The notes under the pieces: generated by a model
Database searches by the model: none
The model's input: only the letters and a program-made list of their open reading frames with translations
What the model was told of the DNA's origin: nothing
Assembly (NCBI GenBank): GCA_030017615.1
Contig: JASEIG010000002.1
Span: forward strand, 11,980 to 75,979
DNA: 64,000 nucleotides
DNA from: Patescibacteria group bacterium
GTDB lineage: Bacteria; Patescibacteriota; Minisyncoccia; UBA6257; UBA9933
Direction of reading: 5' to 3'
Translations under genes and position numbers: made by a program
In this document: one piece after another, positions 35,952 through 45,934 of the stretch
Numbering within the stretch: position 1 is the first letter of the stretch
How the letters are laid out: every line of letters starts with the position of its first letter

Positions 35952-38522
35952 TTATCCATGACACTTTTTATATTTCTTCCCACTGCCACAAGGGCATGGC
36001 TCGTTGCGACCGACGGATTTGCGCTGAACAAACGCGGAATTGCGCGGGATAATTTCCGCATTATTCTGTATTCGTCCAGTATTGGTCTGTGATAATAACT
36101 TCCAGATATTAAAAAATATCCAATCTTCAAAATTAACAAAAAGACTTTTAAACATTATAAAACTTTCTCTTCTATATTCCACCAAAGGGTCGTGCTGGCC
36201 GTATGCTCTGATATTTACCGATTCCCGAAGAGCTTCCAAATTATCCAAATGGTTCATCCATAAACTGTCCAGTGTCGCCAACACTCTGACGCGCGTTTCC
36301 AGCTCGTTTTCCGGCGTAATCGCTTTTCTGATTTTCTCTTTAAGAATTTCTTTTAAATCTTTTTCTGATGTCATCTCGTCTTTTTCAAGCACGCCGGAAT
36401 TAATAAGTGTTTTTTCTAAATTTTCTAAATTCTCCGGCTCCGCGTTTTGAGCGGATATTCTGTCAAAAGAATTTAAAATTATTTCTTCCAATGATTCGGA
36501 TAAATTATTTTCCAAAATCTTCTGCCTTTTGTCATAAACGGCAACCCTTTGTTTATTAAGAATATCGTCGTAATCAAGAAGGTGTTTTCTGGAATCAAAA
36601 TTTATGCCCTCCACTTTTTTCTGCGCTTCAACAACAACCCGGGAAACCATTTTTGATTCAATCGGCTGGTCTTCGGGCAAATTAAAAGATTCCATTATGC
36701 TTTTTATTTTTTCGCCTCCAAAAATTCTCATTAAATCGTCTTCAAGAGAAAGAAAAAATTGAGTCGCGCCGGGATCGCCCTGCCTTCCCGCGCGTCCCTG
36801 AAGCTGATTGTCTATGCGCCGCGCTTCGTGCCGTTCCGTCCCGATAACATACAGTCCTCCCAAATCCCTTACTTTCCGCGCTTTCATCGGGCTGGGCGGA
36901 TTACCGCCAAGAATAATATCAACGCCTCTTCCCGCCATATTGGTGGCGACAGTCACAGCGCCCGGTTTTCCGGCCTGCGCGATTATTTCTCCTTCACGCT
37001 CGTGATTTTTAGCGTTTAAAACCTCGTGTTTCACGCCGGCTTTATTTAACAATCCCGAAATAATCTCATTATTGTTTATGGAAGCGGTGCCGACTAAAAC
37101 CGGCTGTCCCATTTCACAACGTCTTTTTATTTCCGCCACAGCCGCATTGTATCTTGATTTCTTATTCTTATAAATTAAGTCCGGCAAATCTTCTCTTGCC
37201 GATGGTTTGTTCGTGGGGATAGTTATAACTTCCAATTTATAAACTTTATGAAATTCTTCCGCAGAAGTCTGCGCGGTTCCGGTCATACCCGCAATTTTTT
37301 TATAAAGGCGAAAATAATTTTGAATAGTCACTTGCGCGTAAGTTTTTGATTCCTGCTGAATTTGCGTTCCTTCTTTTGCCTCAATTGCCTGGTGCAATCC
37401 CCCCGAATATCTTCTTCCGGGCATAAGTCTGCCGGTAAATTCATCTACAATAATTATTTCGCCGTTTCTGTTGACATAATGTTTATCACGATGAAAAAGC
37501 GCGCGAGCGCGAAGCGATTCTTCCAAGAAATGAACGAGACGAAAATTTTCCGGACCGTAAAGATTTTTAATATTTAAAAACTTTTCAATTTTAGTTATGC
37601 CGTCATCGGTAATAGTTGCCGATTTTGTTTTTTCATCCACCAGATAATCTTCTTCTTTTTTTAAATATTCAACCGCCTTGGAAAATATTTTATAATACTC
37701 GCTGGATTCGGCATCCGGCGCGGCAATAATCAAAGGAGTTCTTGCCTCATCAATTAAAATACTGTCCACTTCGTCAATAATGGCGAAATAATGTCCGCGC
37801 TGGACTTGATCGTCCGTTCTGTATGATAAATTATCCCGAAGATAATCAAATCCGAATTCGTGGTTTGTTCCGTAAAGAATATCCAATTTATAAGCTTCTT
37901 TTCTGGATATCGGACGCAAATATTCCTGAAATACTTTAAAACTGCCCAATATATCCCGTTCTTTGTCTAATTTATCCTGATTGTTTTCCGTCTCTTGTTC
38001 CCCGTCTCTTGACATTTGTCCATTATCACGCGCCGTATAGGTTGGATCATAAAAATAAGCCGTGTTATGAGTTAGACAACCAACAGTCATCCCAAGTAAA
38101 TTGTATATCTGCCCCATCCACACTGTATCGCGTCTGGCAAGATAATCGTTGACAGTGATAATATGGACTCCTCTCCCCGTCAGCGCGTTCAAATAAGCCG
38201 GCGCGGTTGCGGCTAAAGTTTTTCCTTCGCCGGTTTTCATTTCAGCGATTTTCCCCTGATGAAGTGCGATGCCGCCTATAAGTTGAACATCAAAATGACG
38301 TTGATTTAAAACGCGTTTTGAAGCTTCCCTTACAAACGTAAAAGCTTCCGGAAGAAACTTATCTATATTATTTTCATTTCGTATTTTTTCTTTTAATTCA
38401 AAACTGTTTTTTTTCAATTCCTCGGATGAAAGTTTTACAATTTCCGGCTCCCTGGAATTTATTTCAGAAATCAGCAAATCAAAATCATATTTCCCAAACA
38501 GGTTTTTTAAAAAACTGAACAT
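35952..38522 (-). CDS. secA: preprotein translocase ATPase SecA (C-terminal zinc finger CPCGSGKKYKKCHG)
   Basis: DEAD-like NBD1/NBD2, PPXD, HSD/HWD and the canonical C-terminal CxCxSGx8CH. Confidence 0.93.
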   Translation of the reverse strand: MFSFLKNLFGKYDFDLLISEINSREPEIVKLSSEELKKNSFELKEKIRNENNIDKFLPEAFTFVREASKRVLNQRHFDVQLIGGIALHQGKIAEMKTGEGKTLAATAPAYLNALTGRGVHIITVNDYLARRDTVWMGQIYNLLGMTVGCLTHNTAYFYDPTYTARDNGQMSRDGEQETENNQDKLDKERDILGSFKVFQEYLRPISRKEAYKLDILYGTNHEFGFDYLRDNLSYRTDDQVQRGHYFAIIDEVDSILIDEARTPLIIAAPDAESSEYYKIFSKAVEYLKKEEDYLVDEKTKSATITDDGITKIEKFLNIKNLYGPENFRLVHFLEESLRARALFHRDKHYVNRNGEIIIVDEFTGRLMPGRRYSGGLHQAIEAKEGTQIQQESKTYAQVTIQNYFRLYKKIAGMTGTAQTSAEEFHKVYKLEVITIPTNKPSAREDLPDLIYKNKKSRYNAAVAEIKRRCEMGQPVLVGTASINNNEIISGLLNKAGVKHEVLNAKNHEREGEIIAQAGKPGAVTVATNMAGRGVDIILGGNPPSPMKARKVRDLGGLYVIGTERHEARRIDNQLQGRAGRQGDPGATQFFLSLEDDLMRIFGGEKIKSIMESFNLPEDQPIESKMVSRVVVEAQKKVEGINFDSRKHLLDYDDILNKQRVAVYDKRQKILENNLSESLEEIILNSFDRISAQNAEPENLENLEKTLINSGVLEKDEMTSEKDLKEILKEKIRKAITPENELETRVRVLATLDSLWMNHLDNLEALRESVNIRAYGQHDPLVEYRRESFIMFKSLFVNFEDWIFFNIWKLLSQTNTGRIQNNAEIIPRNSAFVQRKSVGRNEPCPCGSGKKYKKCHG

Positions 38523-38556
38523 AAAAAATGCGCAAATTAAGTTAAATCGTTAAAAA

Positions 38557-38904
38557 TTAAATTTTATCGCCGCGAGTATGTCTGTCGTCTTCAATATTAA
38601 CTTCTTTAAATTTTTGAAATTCAATTTTAAGCTTATCCTTTACTTTATCAATTATTGCTCTCACATCGTCTCCGTCATGCTCAACGCGGATAAGTTTTCC
38701 GTTTAAATACACATTCGCCTTAGCATGATAAACATTTCCGTGCCGATGATGTCTGGTAGTTCTTGTAATTTCAAAATTAATTTCAGCTTCCTGACTTTTT
38801 TCAAATCCCGTGATAATTTTTCCCGCTGATTTAATTTTATTTTCTACGTATTCATTAATGGCAGGAGTCAAATCCAAACCGCTGGCTTTTATATTTAATT
38901 TCAT
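38557..38904 (-). CDS. hpf: ribosome hibernation promoting factor (short HPF/RaiA form)
   Basis: MKLNIKASGLDLTPAINEYVENKI ... HHRHGNVYHAKANVYLNG. Confidence 0.85.
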   Translation of the reverse strand: MKLNIKASGLDLTPAINEYVENKIKSAGKIITGFEKSQEAEINFEITRTTRHHRHGNVYHAKANVYLNGKLIRVEHDGDDVRAIIDKVKDKLKIEFQKFKEVNIEDDRHTRGDKI

Positions 38905-39173
38905 ATTTAAATAACAAAACTACAACGCAAAACTTAAAATGTTTTTTGTTTTAAATCCGCTGATTAAAGTTTGAGTAATTATACCACGTTTTTTTCTTTT
39001 TTCCAATATATATCCGAATATAAAAATTTTAAATTGCGCCTGTCTGCTATCTGAATGATCGTCCAGATAGCAGATAAAATTCAAAAAAATAACTGATATT
39101 TTTAAAGATTAAATTACTAAATTAATACTCTAAAATTTGCATCCAATAAACATACATGAAAAGATATAAAATA

Positions 39174-39206
39174 AAAACCGCCCCGCTAAGCGGGACAGTT
39201 TTTTAA
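39174..39206. terminator. bidirectional hairpin CCCGC-TAA-GCGGG flanked by A-run and T-run
   Basis: Read directly. Confidence 0.55.
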
Positions 39207-39216
39207 AAGACCTGGT

Positions 39217-39279
39217 TTACTTTCTCTTTTTTGTAGCCTTCTTTTTCGCGGTCTTTTTTGCTTTTTTCTTTGCTGCCAT
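39217..39279 (-). CDS. tiny highly basic ORF, 20 aa MAAKKKAKKTAKKKATKKRK (very speculative)
   Basis: ATG...TAA read directly; terminator immediately downstream; sits in a 590-bp AT-rich intergenic region. Confidence 0.2.
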   Translation of the reverse strand: MAAKKKAKKTAKKKATKKRK

Positions 39280-39493
39280 TGTGGCTTTATCGTGCTTAAT
39301 TTTATTAAACTAAACACAAATTATTTTTCAATTTAAAAAATGGATTGCCGACCATTCAATTCATACTTTAAATTTTATTTCCAAGAAAAAATTTTATTTT
39401 TTCTCTTGCATTAATTTTGAACTAAATAAAAATAAAATACAATGTGGATAACTCAAGTCGGTGAAATTTTCGCCTAAAAAAATTATTTACCCG

Positions 39494-40123
39494 CTATTTC
39501 GTTTTAATCTCATTGGATTTTTTAAAAACAATAAATTTATATCCAATAAAATTCCAAACAAGCGAAACCGCAACCGCGGCTAAAGCTCCGATATTTGCCA
39601 ATTGTCCCGCGGAAACCCCGGTAAAACGCGCCTTGCTTACTATTAAAGCCGCTGTTCCAATATTAAGGACAAACCCTATCACGCTTACTGTTAAAAATTG
39701 GCTGAATTCCTTTATGCTCGCCTCTTTATCATTCCCGAATGTCCAATATTTGTTCCAAAAATAAGCATTGATATTGGCAATAATAAACGAAGTTCCTTTA
39801 AAAATGGAAAACCAGATTCCCGAAGCGTGATTAAAAATATAAATCATCAAATTCAAAATTCCTAAATCAATAAGAGTATTAAGTGCTCCCACTGCCGCAA
39901 ATTTCACAAACTGTAAAACAACAGGAACCCGTTTGGCAACAAGAGAAGCGATCCACAAAGCGATAACGGCAAAAACCGCAAACCCAAAAACCATTAAAAT
40001 TACATTTATAAAAGTCAGAGAAAAAATCCGCGCATGTAAATTTTTTATTACCGGTAAAAGCAAAAGTCCGAACAGCACTCCTATTAAACTAACCAATAAA
40101 AAATCTTTTTTTTTCATTTCCAT
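39494..40123 (-). CDS. GtrA-family membrane protein with N-terminal extension
   Basis: QFVKFAAVGALNTLIDLGI ... NKYWTF. Confidence 0.7.
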   Translation of the reverse strand: MEMKKKDFLLVSLIGVLFGLLLLPVIKNLHARIFSLTFINVILMVFGFAVFAVIALWIASLVAKRVPVVLQFVKFAAVGALNTLIDLGILNLMIYIFNHASGIWFSIFKGTSFIIANINAYFWNKYWTFGNDKEASIKEFSQFLTVSVIGFVLNIGTAALIVSKARFTGVSAGQLANIGALAAVAVSLVWNFIGYKFIVFKKSNEIKTK

Positions 40124-40926
40124 TTATTTATAAAATTTATTATTACGTTTTTTAAATCCGGCTGGCCGGTTAAAATATCAGTTCCATGCCCGCCGGTCTT
40201 GTATATTTTTAATTCTTTTTGCACATTCTCGGGAATACTTTCAAAAATCTTTTTTGCTTCATTATCATTTCCTTCGTCATCTTCACTGGAAATAATCAGC
40301 GCTTTTTGATTAAGCCTTAATTTCCTTGCCGGCGCTTCCGCTTTGATTCCTCTGTAATTAATTCCCGGTGAAAGCAAAACAACTATTTTCGCGTCTTCAT
40401 TTTCGCTCACATATTGTAATGAAAGATTGGCGCCAATAGAAGCTCCTATGAAAAATATCTTTTCGGGTTCCGCTCCATTATCTTTTAAAAACGAAATTGC
40501 GGCTTTTAAATCATTTATACTATTCCGATGTTCTTTATCTGAAAAATTTACAAAACCGTCGGAACCTTCCGCCGATTCCCCATGTCCGCGCAAATCAATT
40601 GCCAGGCTTTCATATTCTTCGACCTGCAATTCATTTGCCAAATCTTCCCAGGATTCTTTCACAGCGGGCATCATATGCGTCAAAACCAACCATCCTTTCG
40701 GATTGGTATACTTATTTTTATCCACAATATAATAATCGGCGTTTATTTTTTTATCATCCGCGGTTACAAAAGAAACTTTTTTCATAATTGGATATTTCGA
40801 TTTTATGAGATTGCCTTGGTGTTCACTGCGAAATAAAAAACTTATGTCGGCCAGTCCCACTATTACGACTATGGACATCGTAATAATTATAGCGGCTGAA
40901 ATCTTTTTTTTAAATTTTATTTTCAC
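40114..40926 (-). CDS. alpha/beta-hydrolase (signal anchor; GxSxG as GASIG)
   Basis: Nucleophile elbow FFIGASIGANLSLQY; His near the C-terminus (GGHGTD). Confidence 0.7.
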   Translation of the reverse strand: MKIKFKKKISAAIIITMSIVVIVGLADISFLFRSEHQGNLIKSKYPIMKKVSFVTADDKKINADYYIVDKNKYTNPKGWLVLTHMMPAVKESWEDLANELQVEEYESLAIDLRGHGESAEGSDGFVNFSDKEHRNSINDLKAAISFLKDNGAEPEKIFFIGASIGANLSLQYVSENEDAKIVVLLSPGINYRGIKAEAPARKLRLNQKALIISSEDDEGNDNEAKKIFESIPENVQKELKIYKTGGHGTDILTGQPDLKNVIINFINKWK

Positions 40927-40953
40927 TTTACATCAAAATACTCTTAAAAGTCG

Positions 40954-41511
40954 TTAAAATTTAACTTTTACAGATTCGCGTTCCTGAGAATTTTCTATGC
41001 CAAAAAATTCTTCTTTATTAAAACCAAAAATTCCCGAAATGAGATTTGCCGGGAATGTTTCTGTTTTAGTGTTGTAATCCATAACATTGCCGTTATAAAA
41101 CCGGCGCGCTGACTGAATTTTATTTTCAGTATCCGCAAGCTCTCTTTGTAAATCCAGAAAATTGACGTTTGACTTTAAATCGGGATAATTTTCCGAAACC
41201 GCAAATAAAGTTTTTAAAGTGTTGCTTAAAGCATTTTCGGCCTCAGCTTTTTCTTTTTTGCCGTTGACCCCCAAAGCCGCCGATCTCGCTTCACTGACAT
41301 TTTCAAAAACTCCTTTTTCGTGAGCCATATATCCTTTTACAGTCTCCACTAAATTAGGAATTAAATCGTATCTTCTTTTTAACTGGACTTCTATATCCGA
41401 CCAGGCTTCTTTTACTCTATATCTTCTTCTTACCAATCCGTTAAAAATCAAAATAATCCACAAAACTAAAACGGCCGTTATGATTAAAATAATATTCGTT
41501 AATGTAAGCAT
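40954..41511 (-). CDS. lemA: LemA-family protein
   Basis: N-terminal TM; GLVRRRYRVKEAWSDIEVQLKRRYDLIPNLVETVKGY. Confidence 0.85.
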   Translation of the reverse strand: MLTLTNIILIITAVLVLWIILIFNGLVRRRYRVKEAWSDIEVQLKRRYDLIPNLVETVKGYMAHEKGVFENVSEARSAALGVNGKKEKAEAENALSNTLKTLFAVSENYPDLKSNVNFLDLQRELADTENKIQSARRFYNGNVMDYNTKTETFPANLISGIFGFNKEEFFGIENSQERESVKVKF

Positions 41512-41517
41512 ATTTTT

Positions 41518-42336
41518 TTATTTATTATAATTTTTAATTAATTCTTTTAATTTAAATATTGCTTTTTGTGTCGCCCTTTCGCCTTTTTTAATGGCTGTTT
41601 TCCCGTGTAAAAAATTCTTCCACCCGATTACATTTACATCGGTTATATTCGGCTCAATGATTATATCGGCGTCTTTTACTGAAATTATACCCAAATTATA
41701 CCGCAAAGCGCTGATAGTATAAAGAATCGCGTCATGAAGACCCAATCTGTTGTCAGTATCACGATAAAGAGAATGCGCGCCTAAATTAACCCCGATAACG
41801 ATATCCGCTCCCATTTTCTTCACGATATCAACTGGAACCGGATGCGATAACCCCCCGTCCGCCAAAACTTTAGTTCCAAATTGCATCGGTTCAAATATCA
41901 AGGGGAAAGAAATGCTGGCGCGAATAGCATCGGCCACGCTTCCTTTTTTTAATAAAATTCCCTTTCCGGTTGTAAGTTCAGTCGCAACAGAAATAAAGGG
42001 AATTTTCAGCTTTGAAAACTGCGTGTCGTTTATACGCTCTTTGATAAATTTTTCTATTTTATTGCCTGTTATAAACCCTCCGTGAATAGACGGGTCCATT
42101 AAAAAATTAATAATTTGAAGCTTATCTTTAAATAAAGCTGTTTCTTCCACTTTTTTTATATCTTTGGAAAATGCGTACAGTCCCCCAATAAGAGAACCAA
42201 TACTTGTGCCGGCGATAAAATCAATCGGAATGTTGTTTTTCTCAAGAACTTTTATAACTCCGATATGCGCCAATCCTTTCGCGCCTCCTCCGCCCAACGC
42301 CAGCCCGATTTTAGGTCTCTCTTTTTTTGCTTTCAT
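41518..42336 (-). CDS. patatin-like phospholipase
   Basis: GGGAKG oxyanion motif, GTSIG nucleophile, DGG(L) catalytic Asp. Confidence 0.88.
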   Translation of the reverse strand: MKAKKERPKIGLALGGGGAKGLAHIGVIKVLEKNNIPIDFIAGTSIGSLIGGLYAFSKDIKKVEETALFKDKLQIINFLMDPSIHGGFITGNKIEKFIKERINDTQFSKLKIPFISVATELTTGKGILLKKGSVADAIRASISFPLIFEPMQFGTKVLADGGLSHPVPVDIVKKMGADIVIGVNLGAHSLYRDTDNRLGLHDAILYTISALRYNLGIISVKDADIIIEPNITDVNVIGWKNFLHGKTAIKKGERATQKAIFKLKELIKNYNK

Positions 42337-42694
42337 AATTATAAAATTTTACCACAAAAAACATATAATTTCACAATCTCACTTAAATAAATTTTATTTA
42401 TTTAACTATGGCGCTTTGTGTGCGATCGTGTATAAAGTGCTATGGCTAAATAAAAATTTTAAATTTGATTTGATATCGGTCTAATTAATCAGACTGTATA
42501 AATTAAAACCATTTAATATCATTAATATCAGCCAAAACAGCAACCAAACCCGACAGATCGCTGTTTTGGATATTCTATATCTATAAACATATATTTTTTA
42601 TTAAGTATTTAACGACCGCATTTTGCTTAAGTAAAATTTAAAAAAAGCTCTTTTGAAATTATCGCCGGAGCTTTAATATAATATTTCCTTTCTG

Positions 42695-42985
42695 TCAGGG
42701 AAACGAGTCTAACCCCGTGAAAATTGGGTATTCCAATTTCAACGACCCGTTATCTTCATTTTCAAATAAAATGATATTGGTGCGGCCGCCTGTTTCTTTA
42801 ATTTCCACCACCTCAAACACTCCAATTTTATCATCCAGTATCGGGGAAATATTATTAATAAATTCGCTTTCTCGTAAAAGTTCCAGTACTTCCGGGCTTT
42901 TATAAATCAACGCCTTGATTCTTTTCCTTTTTCCGTTCAGCGTAAAAATCATCACTAAAAAAATATTTTCTACCATTGCTCCCAT
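42695..42985 (-). CDS. hypothetical small protein (possible PRC-barrel-like)
   Basis: ORF only. Confidence 0.3.
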   Translation of the reverse strand: MGAMVENIFLVMIFTLNGKRKRIKALIYKSPEVLELLRESEFINNISPILDDKIGVFEVVEIKETGGRTNIILFENEDNGSLKLEYPIFTGLDSFP

Positions 42986-43256
42986 ATTTACCCCCTATTA
43001 AATTTAATTTAATTTGAACTGTTAAAAGATTATGAAGAAAATAAATGACTGTCAATTACCCGTAACATTATTCCGAAAAAGTGAAAATCATCAAATTAAT
43101 AAACATTCAAATTTAACCACTATAGGGAAATTGGATAATGACGATAAAATTATAAATTATTTTAGAAAGGTTATCTCATAATATCGCTTGGAATAGGCGA
43201 GTTTATAATTTGCCTGAAAATCATAAATTTTCAGACACCAAAGTGATATTACAGGG

Positions 43257-43265
43257 TTATCCACA
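43257..43265 (+). promoter_or_regulatory. perfect DnaA-box consensus TTATCCACA just upstream of an extended -10 (TGATATACT, 43285-43293)
   Basis: Exact 9-mer match to TTATNCACA. Confidence 0.3.
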
Positions 43266-43330
43266 TGTAAAATAAAATTTTATATGATATACTCTATTTA
43301 GCATTATAAAAAATCTTTACAAAGGGGTGT

Positions 43331-43717
43331 GTGATGACAGGAAAAGAAAACGACCCGGCAAAAACAGTATTCGGTTTAGGTCTTCTAACAGGTGTCTTGT
43401 TTGAAAAATTAAATATGGAAAGGAGCGATAATGACGTTTTTGTTCCTTCTGTTGACGAATTTGCTTTGATAGTGCACGGTTTAAAACGGCTTAATGAAAA
43501 CGATAAAATTTTTAAAGTAAATGCCGTTAAAATTGAAGAAGAAAACGCGACTCTCATCCCATGGCACCATCCGCTGTCGGAAACATCAAAAGTATTTGTT
43601 CAAAAAACTCGCAATTTTTTGGGAATTCCGGAAAATCATTCTGACTGTTCCATAAAAGAAATTGAGATGCTTATCCAACACGCTGAATCTTATTTAAACG
43701 AAATGGGACTCGCGTAA
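43331..43717 (+). CDS. hypothetical protein
   Basis: ORF with GGGG RBS; followed by a terminator. Confidence 0.4.
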   Translation: MMTGKENDPAKTVFGLGLLTGVLFEKLNMERSDNDVFVPSVDEFALIVHGLKRLNENDKIFKVNAVKIEEENATLIPWHHPLSETSKVFVQKTRNFLGIPENHSDCSIKEIEMLIQHAESYLNEMGLA

Positions 43718-43730
43718 AACAACCCCTGAG

Positions 43731-43754
43731 GGGACCTTAGATGGTCCCCTTTTA
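43731..43754 (+). terminator. GGGGACC-TTAGAT-GGTCCCC-TTTT hairpin
   Basis: Read directly. Confidence 0.8.
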
Positions 43755-44914
43755 TATTTTTCCTCTTTTAATATCTCTCCGAATTTTTTCAACATAAGAA
43801 TTAAAAAAATAAAGATTGTGTTCGGTCAACAACCTAAGCGCGGTAATTTCCTGCGATTTATATAAATGAGAAATATAACTGCGAGTGTAATTTTGGCAAA
43901 CTTGGCAAGAACATTTTTTATCCAAAGAATTATTGTCTTTTAAAAACCTTCCGCGAAAAACATCAATTTTCCCTTTTGAAGTAAACGCAATCCCGCGCCT
44001 GGCATAATTAGTGGGAACAGTGCAATCAAAAGTGTCCACTCCTTGGGCGATAATTTTAGGGATATCTTCAAGAAATCCGATGCCAAGCAAATGTCTCGGC
44101 TTGTTTTCGGGAAGTTCGTTAAAAATCCATTTCAATATTTTCAACATCATTTTTTTATCGCCGCCAAATTCGCCGCCCACGGCAAAACCGTCAAACGGCA
44201 ACGACCCGATAAACTTCGCGCTTTTTACTCTCAAATCTTTAAACTTCCCCCCCTGAACAATCCCGAACAAAGCTTGTTTTGATTTTTTAACATCCAAACA
44301 AATTTGAGCCCATCTATGAGTTCTTTCCATTGATTGTTTATTATAATCATAATTCGCATTGGGTGGCGGACATTCATCAAACGCCAAAATAATATCGGCT
44401 CCGATTTTTTCCTGAATTTGAAGGATTCCTTCGGCCCAAGAAAAACCCTGCTGTTATCCACATACGACCGAAACCAAACGCCCTTTTTGGTTATTTTAAT
44501 ATCCTCCGGTTGGCTCCCGGGCAAAACTATATTGTTTGTTTGCAATTTATTATTTTGTTTTTGCCGTTTATCGTCGGATAAAATTTTCCCCACTCCAAAA
44601 TCTTTTCCAAATCCCAAACTAAACACCTGAAAACCGCCGGAATCCGTCATAAGCGGATGCTTCCAATTCATAAATTCATGAAGACCTTTGTGCGATTTCA
44701 GCACATCTCCTCCCGGCCTTAAATGAAGATGATAAGTGTTGGCGATAAGAATTTGGCTCTTTGTTCTTTCCACTTCCTCGCTAGTCAAAGTTTTAATAGT
44801 TCCCCTTGTGGCAACCGGCACAAAACACGGAGTCTCAACGACTCCGTGTTTTGTTTTCAACAATCCGAGACGCGCCCGGCTCTTTTTTGATTTTTTCAAA
44901 ATTTCAAATCCCAT
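43752..44914 (-). pseudogene. tgt: queuine tRNA-ribosyltransferase split by a 1-nt frameshift (N-part 44231..44914, C-part 43752..44387)
   Basis: N-part ...LTDSGGFQVFSL...FLGPKES; C-part in the next frame LQIQEKIGADIILAFDECPPP ... zinc site CSCQVCQNY..H. Frames join within ...gaatccttcaa... (consistent with a missing C). Confidence 0.8.
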
Positions 44915-44940
44915 TTAAACACTCGGTTGATAACTTGCAT

Positions 44941-45858
44941 TTATTGTTCTGACGCAACCGGCTTATAATCTCCGGGGTTTACAGACCGTTCAAAACAAAC
45001 TATTCCTTGTTCGTGATTCCAATTATATGTTTCGTAATAAAACGCGGGCGCAACTCTTTTTTGTATTTTATTGTCCTTGTTTGAAGTTTGAAAGTTGGCG
45101 CAGATTTCATATTTCAAATTTGATAATTTTTTATATCCGTATGGCGCGCCTGTTTGAGGGTCTGCGGGAATATTCAAACCCCCGTCTTTTAAGTCGTCAA
45201 AAACATCGGGAAGTTTTTCATTTTTTCTCCAATATTCACTCAGCTGGCTTTGAATAAAAGAAAGGTCGCTGATTCTCTTTTCATCAAACCGAATTAACCG
45301 CTGGCTTTTAGGCAAACCCGCGACAAACAATCCGGCGACTACCCCGATAAAAATAATCACAGCAGTAATTTTAGGCAAAACAGAAGTTGTAAAATTTTTA
45401 ATTTCAGGGCTTCTTAAAATTTTCAGATAATAAATAAAAATAACGATTGCGATTATAAATATAACGATAACTTTCATAAAAAAGTTTAAAATCAGCTCTC
45501 CGCGAAGAAAATTGTAAATCAACCCAATGACATCGCCGACAATAACAATCGCGGAAATAAACAAAGTAAAATTAAGAAGCCATCTTCTTATTTTGAGATT
45601 TTTTTTCTCCGGAATTATTTCTGTGTCTTTTCGCAAAAAATTCATTATCCAGATATAAACCGGGAAAACAATCAATAATACGGCAATTGACCAGCGAATT
45701 GCGTCATAAGAAGCCGAAACCGGCGCATAACTTAAAACATCCGGCAAATAAATATTGATTATTTGGAATATCAAACTGCCGAAAGAAACCGCAATAAACG
45801 CTAATGCTATAACTGAAAGCAGGTATAAAAAAACGTCCCGAGATAAATTGTTTTCCAT
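44941..45858 (-). CDS. hypothetical polytopic membrane protein with C-terminal extracytoplasmic domain
   Basis: ORF with six or more TM helices. Confidence 0.45.
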   Translation of the reverse strand: MENNLSRDVFLYLLSVIALAFIAVSFGSLIFQIINIYLPDVLSYAPVSASYDAIRWSIAVLLIVFPVYIWIMNFLRKDTEIIPEKKNLKIRRWLLNFTLFISAIVIVGDVIGLIYNFLRGELILNFFMKVIVIFIIAIVIFIYYLKILRSPEIKNFTTSVLPKITAVIIFIGVVAGLFVAGLPKSQRLIRFDEKRISDLSFIQSQLSEYWRKNEKLPDVFDDLKDGGLNIPADPQTGAPYGYKKLSNLKYEICANFQTSNKDNKIQKRVAPAFYYETYNWNHEQGIVCFERSVNPGDYKPVASEQ

Positions 45859-45895
45859 ATATTTATTATAAACCCGAATTATAAATACGCAAACT

Positions 45896-45919
45896 AAAAA
45901 CTCCTATATAGGAGTTTTT
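45896..45919. terminator. perfect palindrome AAAAACTCCTATATAGGAGTTTTT (bidirectional terminator)
   Basis: Read directly; lies between convergent or tandem minus-strand genes. Confidence 0.75.
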
Positions 45920-45934
45920 AGTTTTTAGTTTTAT

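Noticed and set aside
35912-36139. 75-aa minus-strand ORF
   Set aside because: It lies entirely inside the secA coding region in another frame.
42527-42565. 10-bp inverted repeat CCAAAACAGC-N18-GCTGTTTTGG between the patatin gene and the 42695 ORF
   Set aside because: Most simply a terminator or attenuator hairpin for the minus-strand 42695..42985 gene (an A/T run follows on the transcribed strand). Nothing beyond that is supported.
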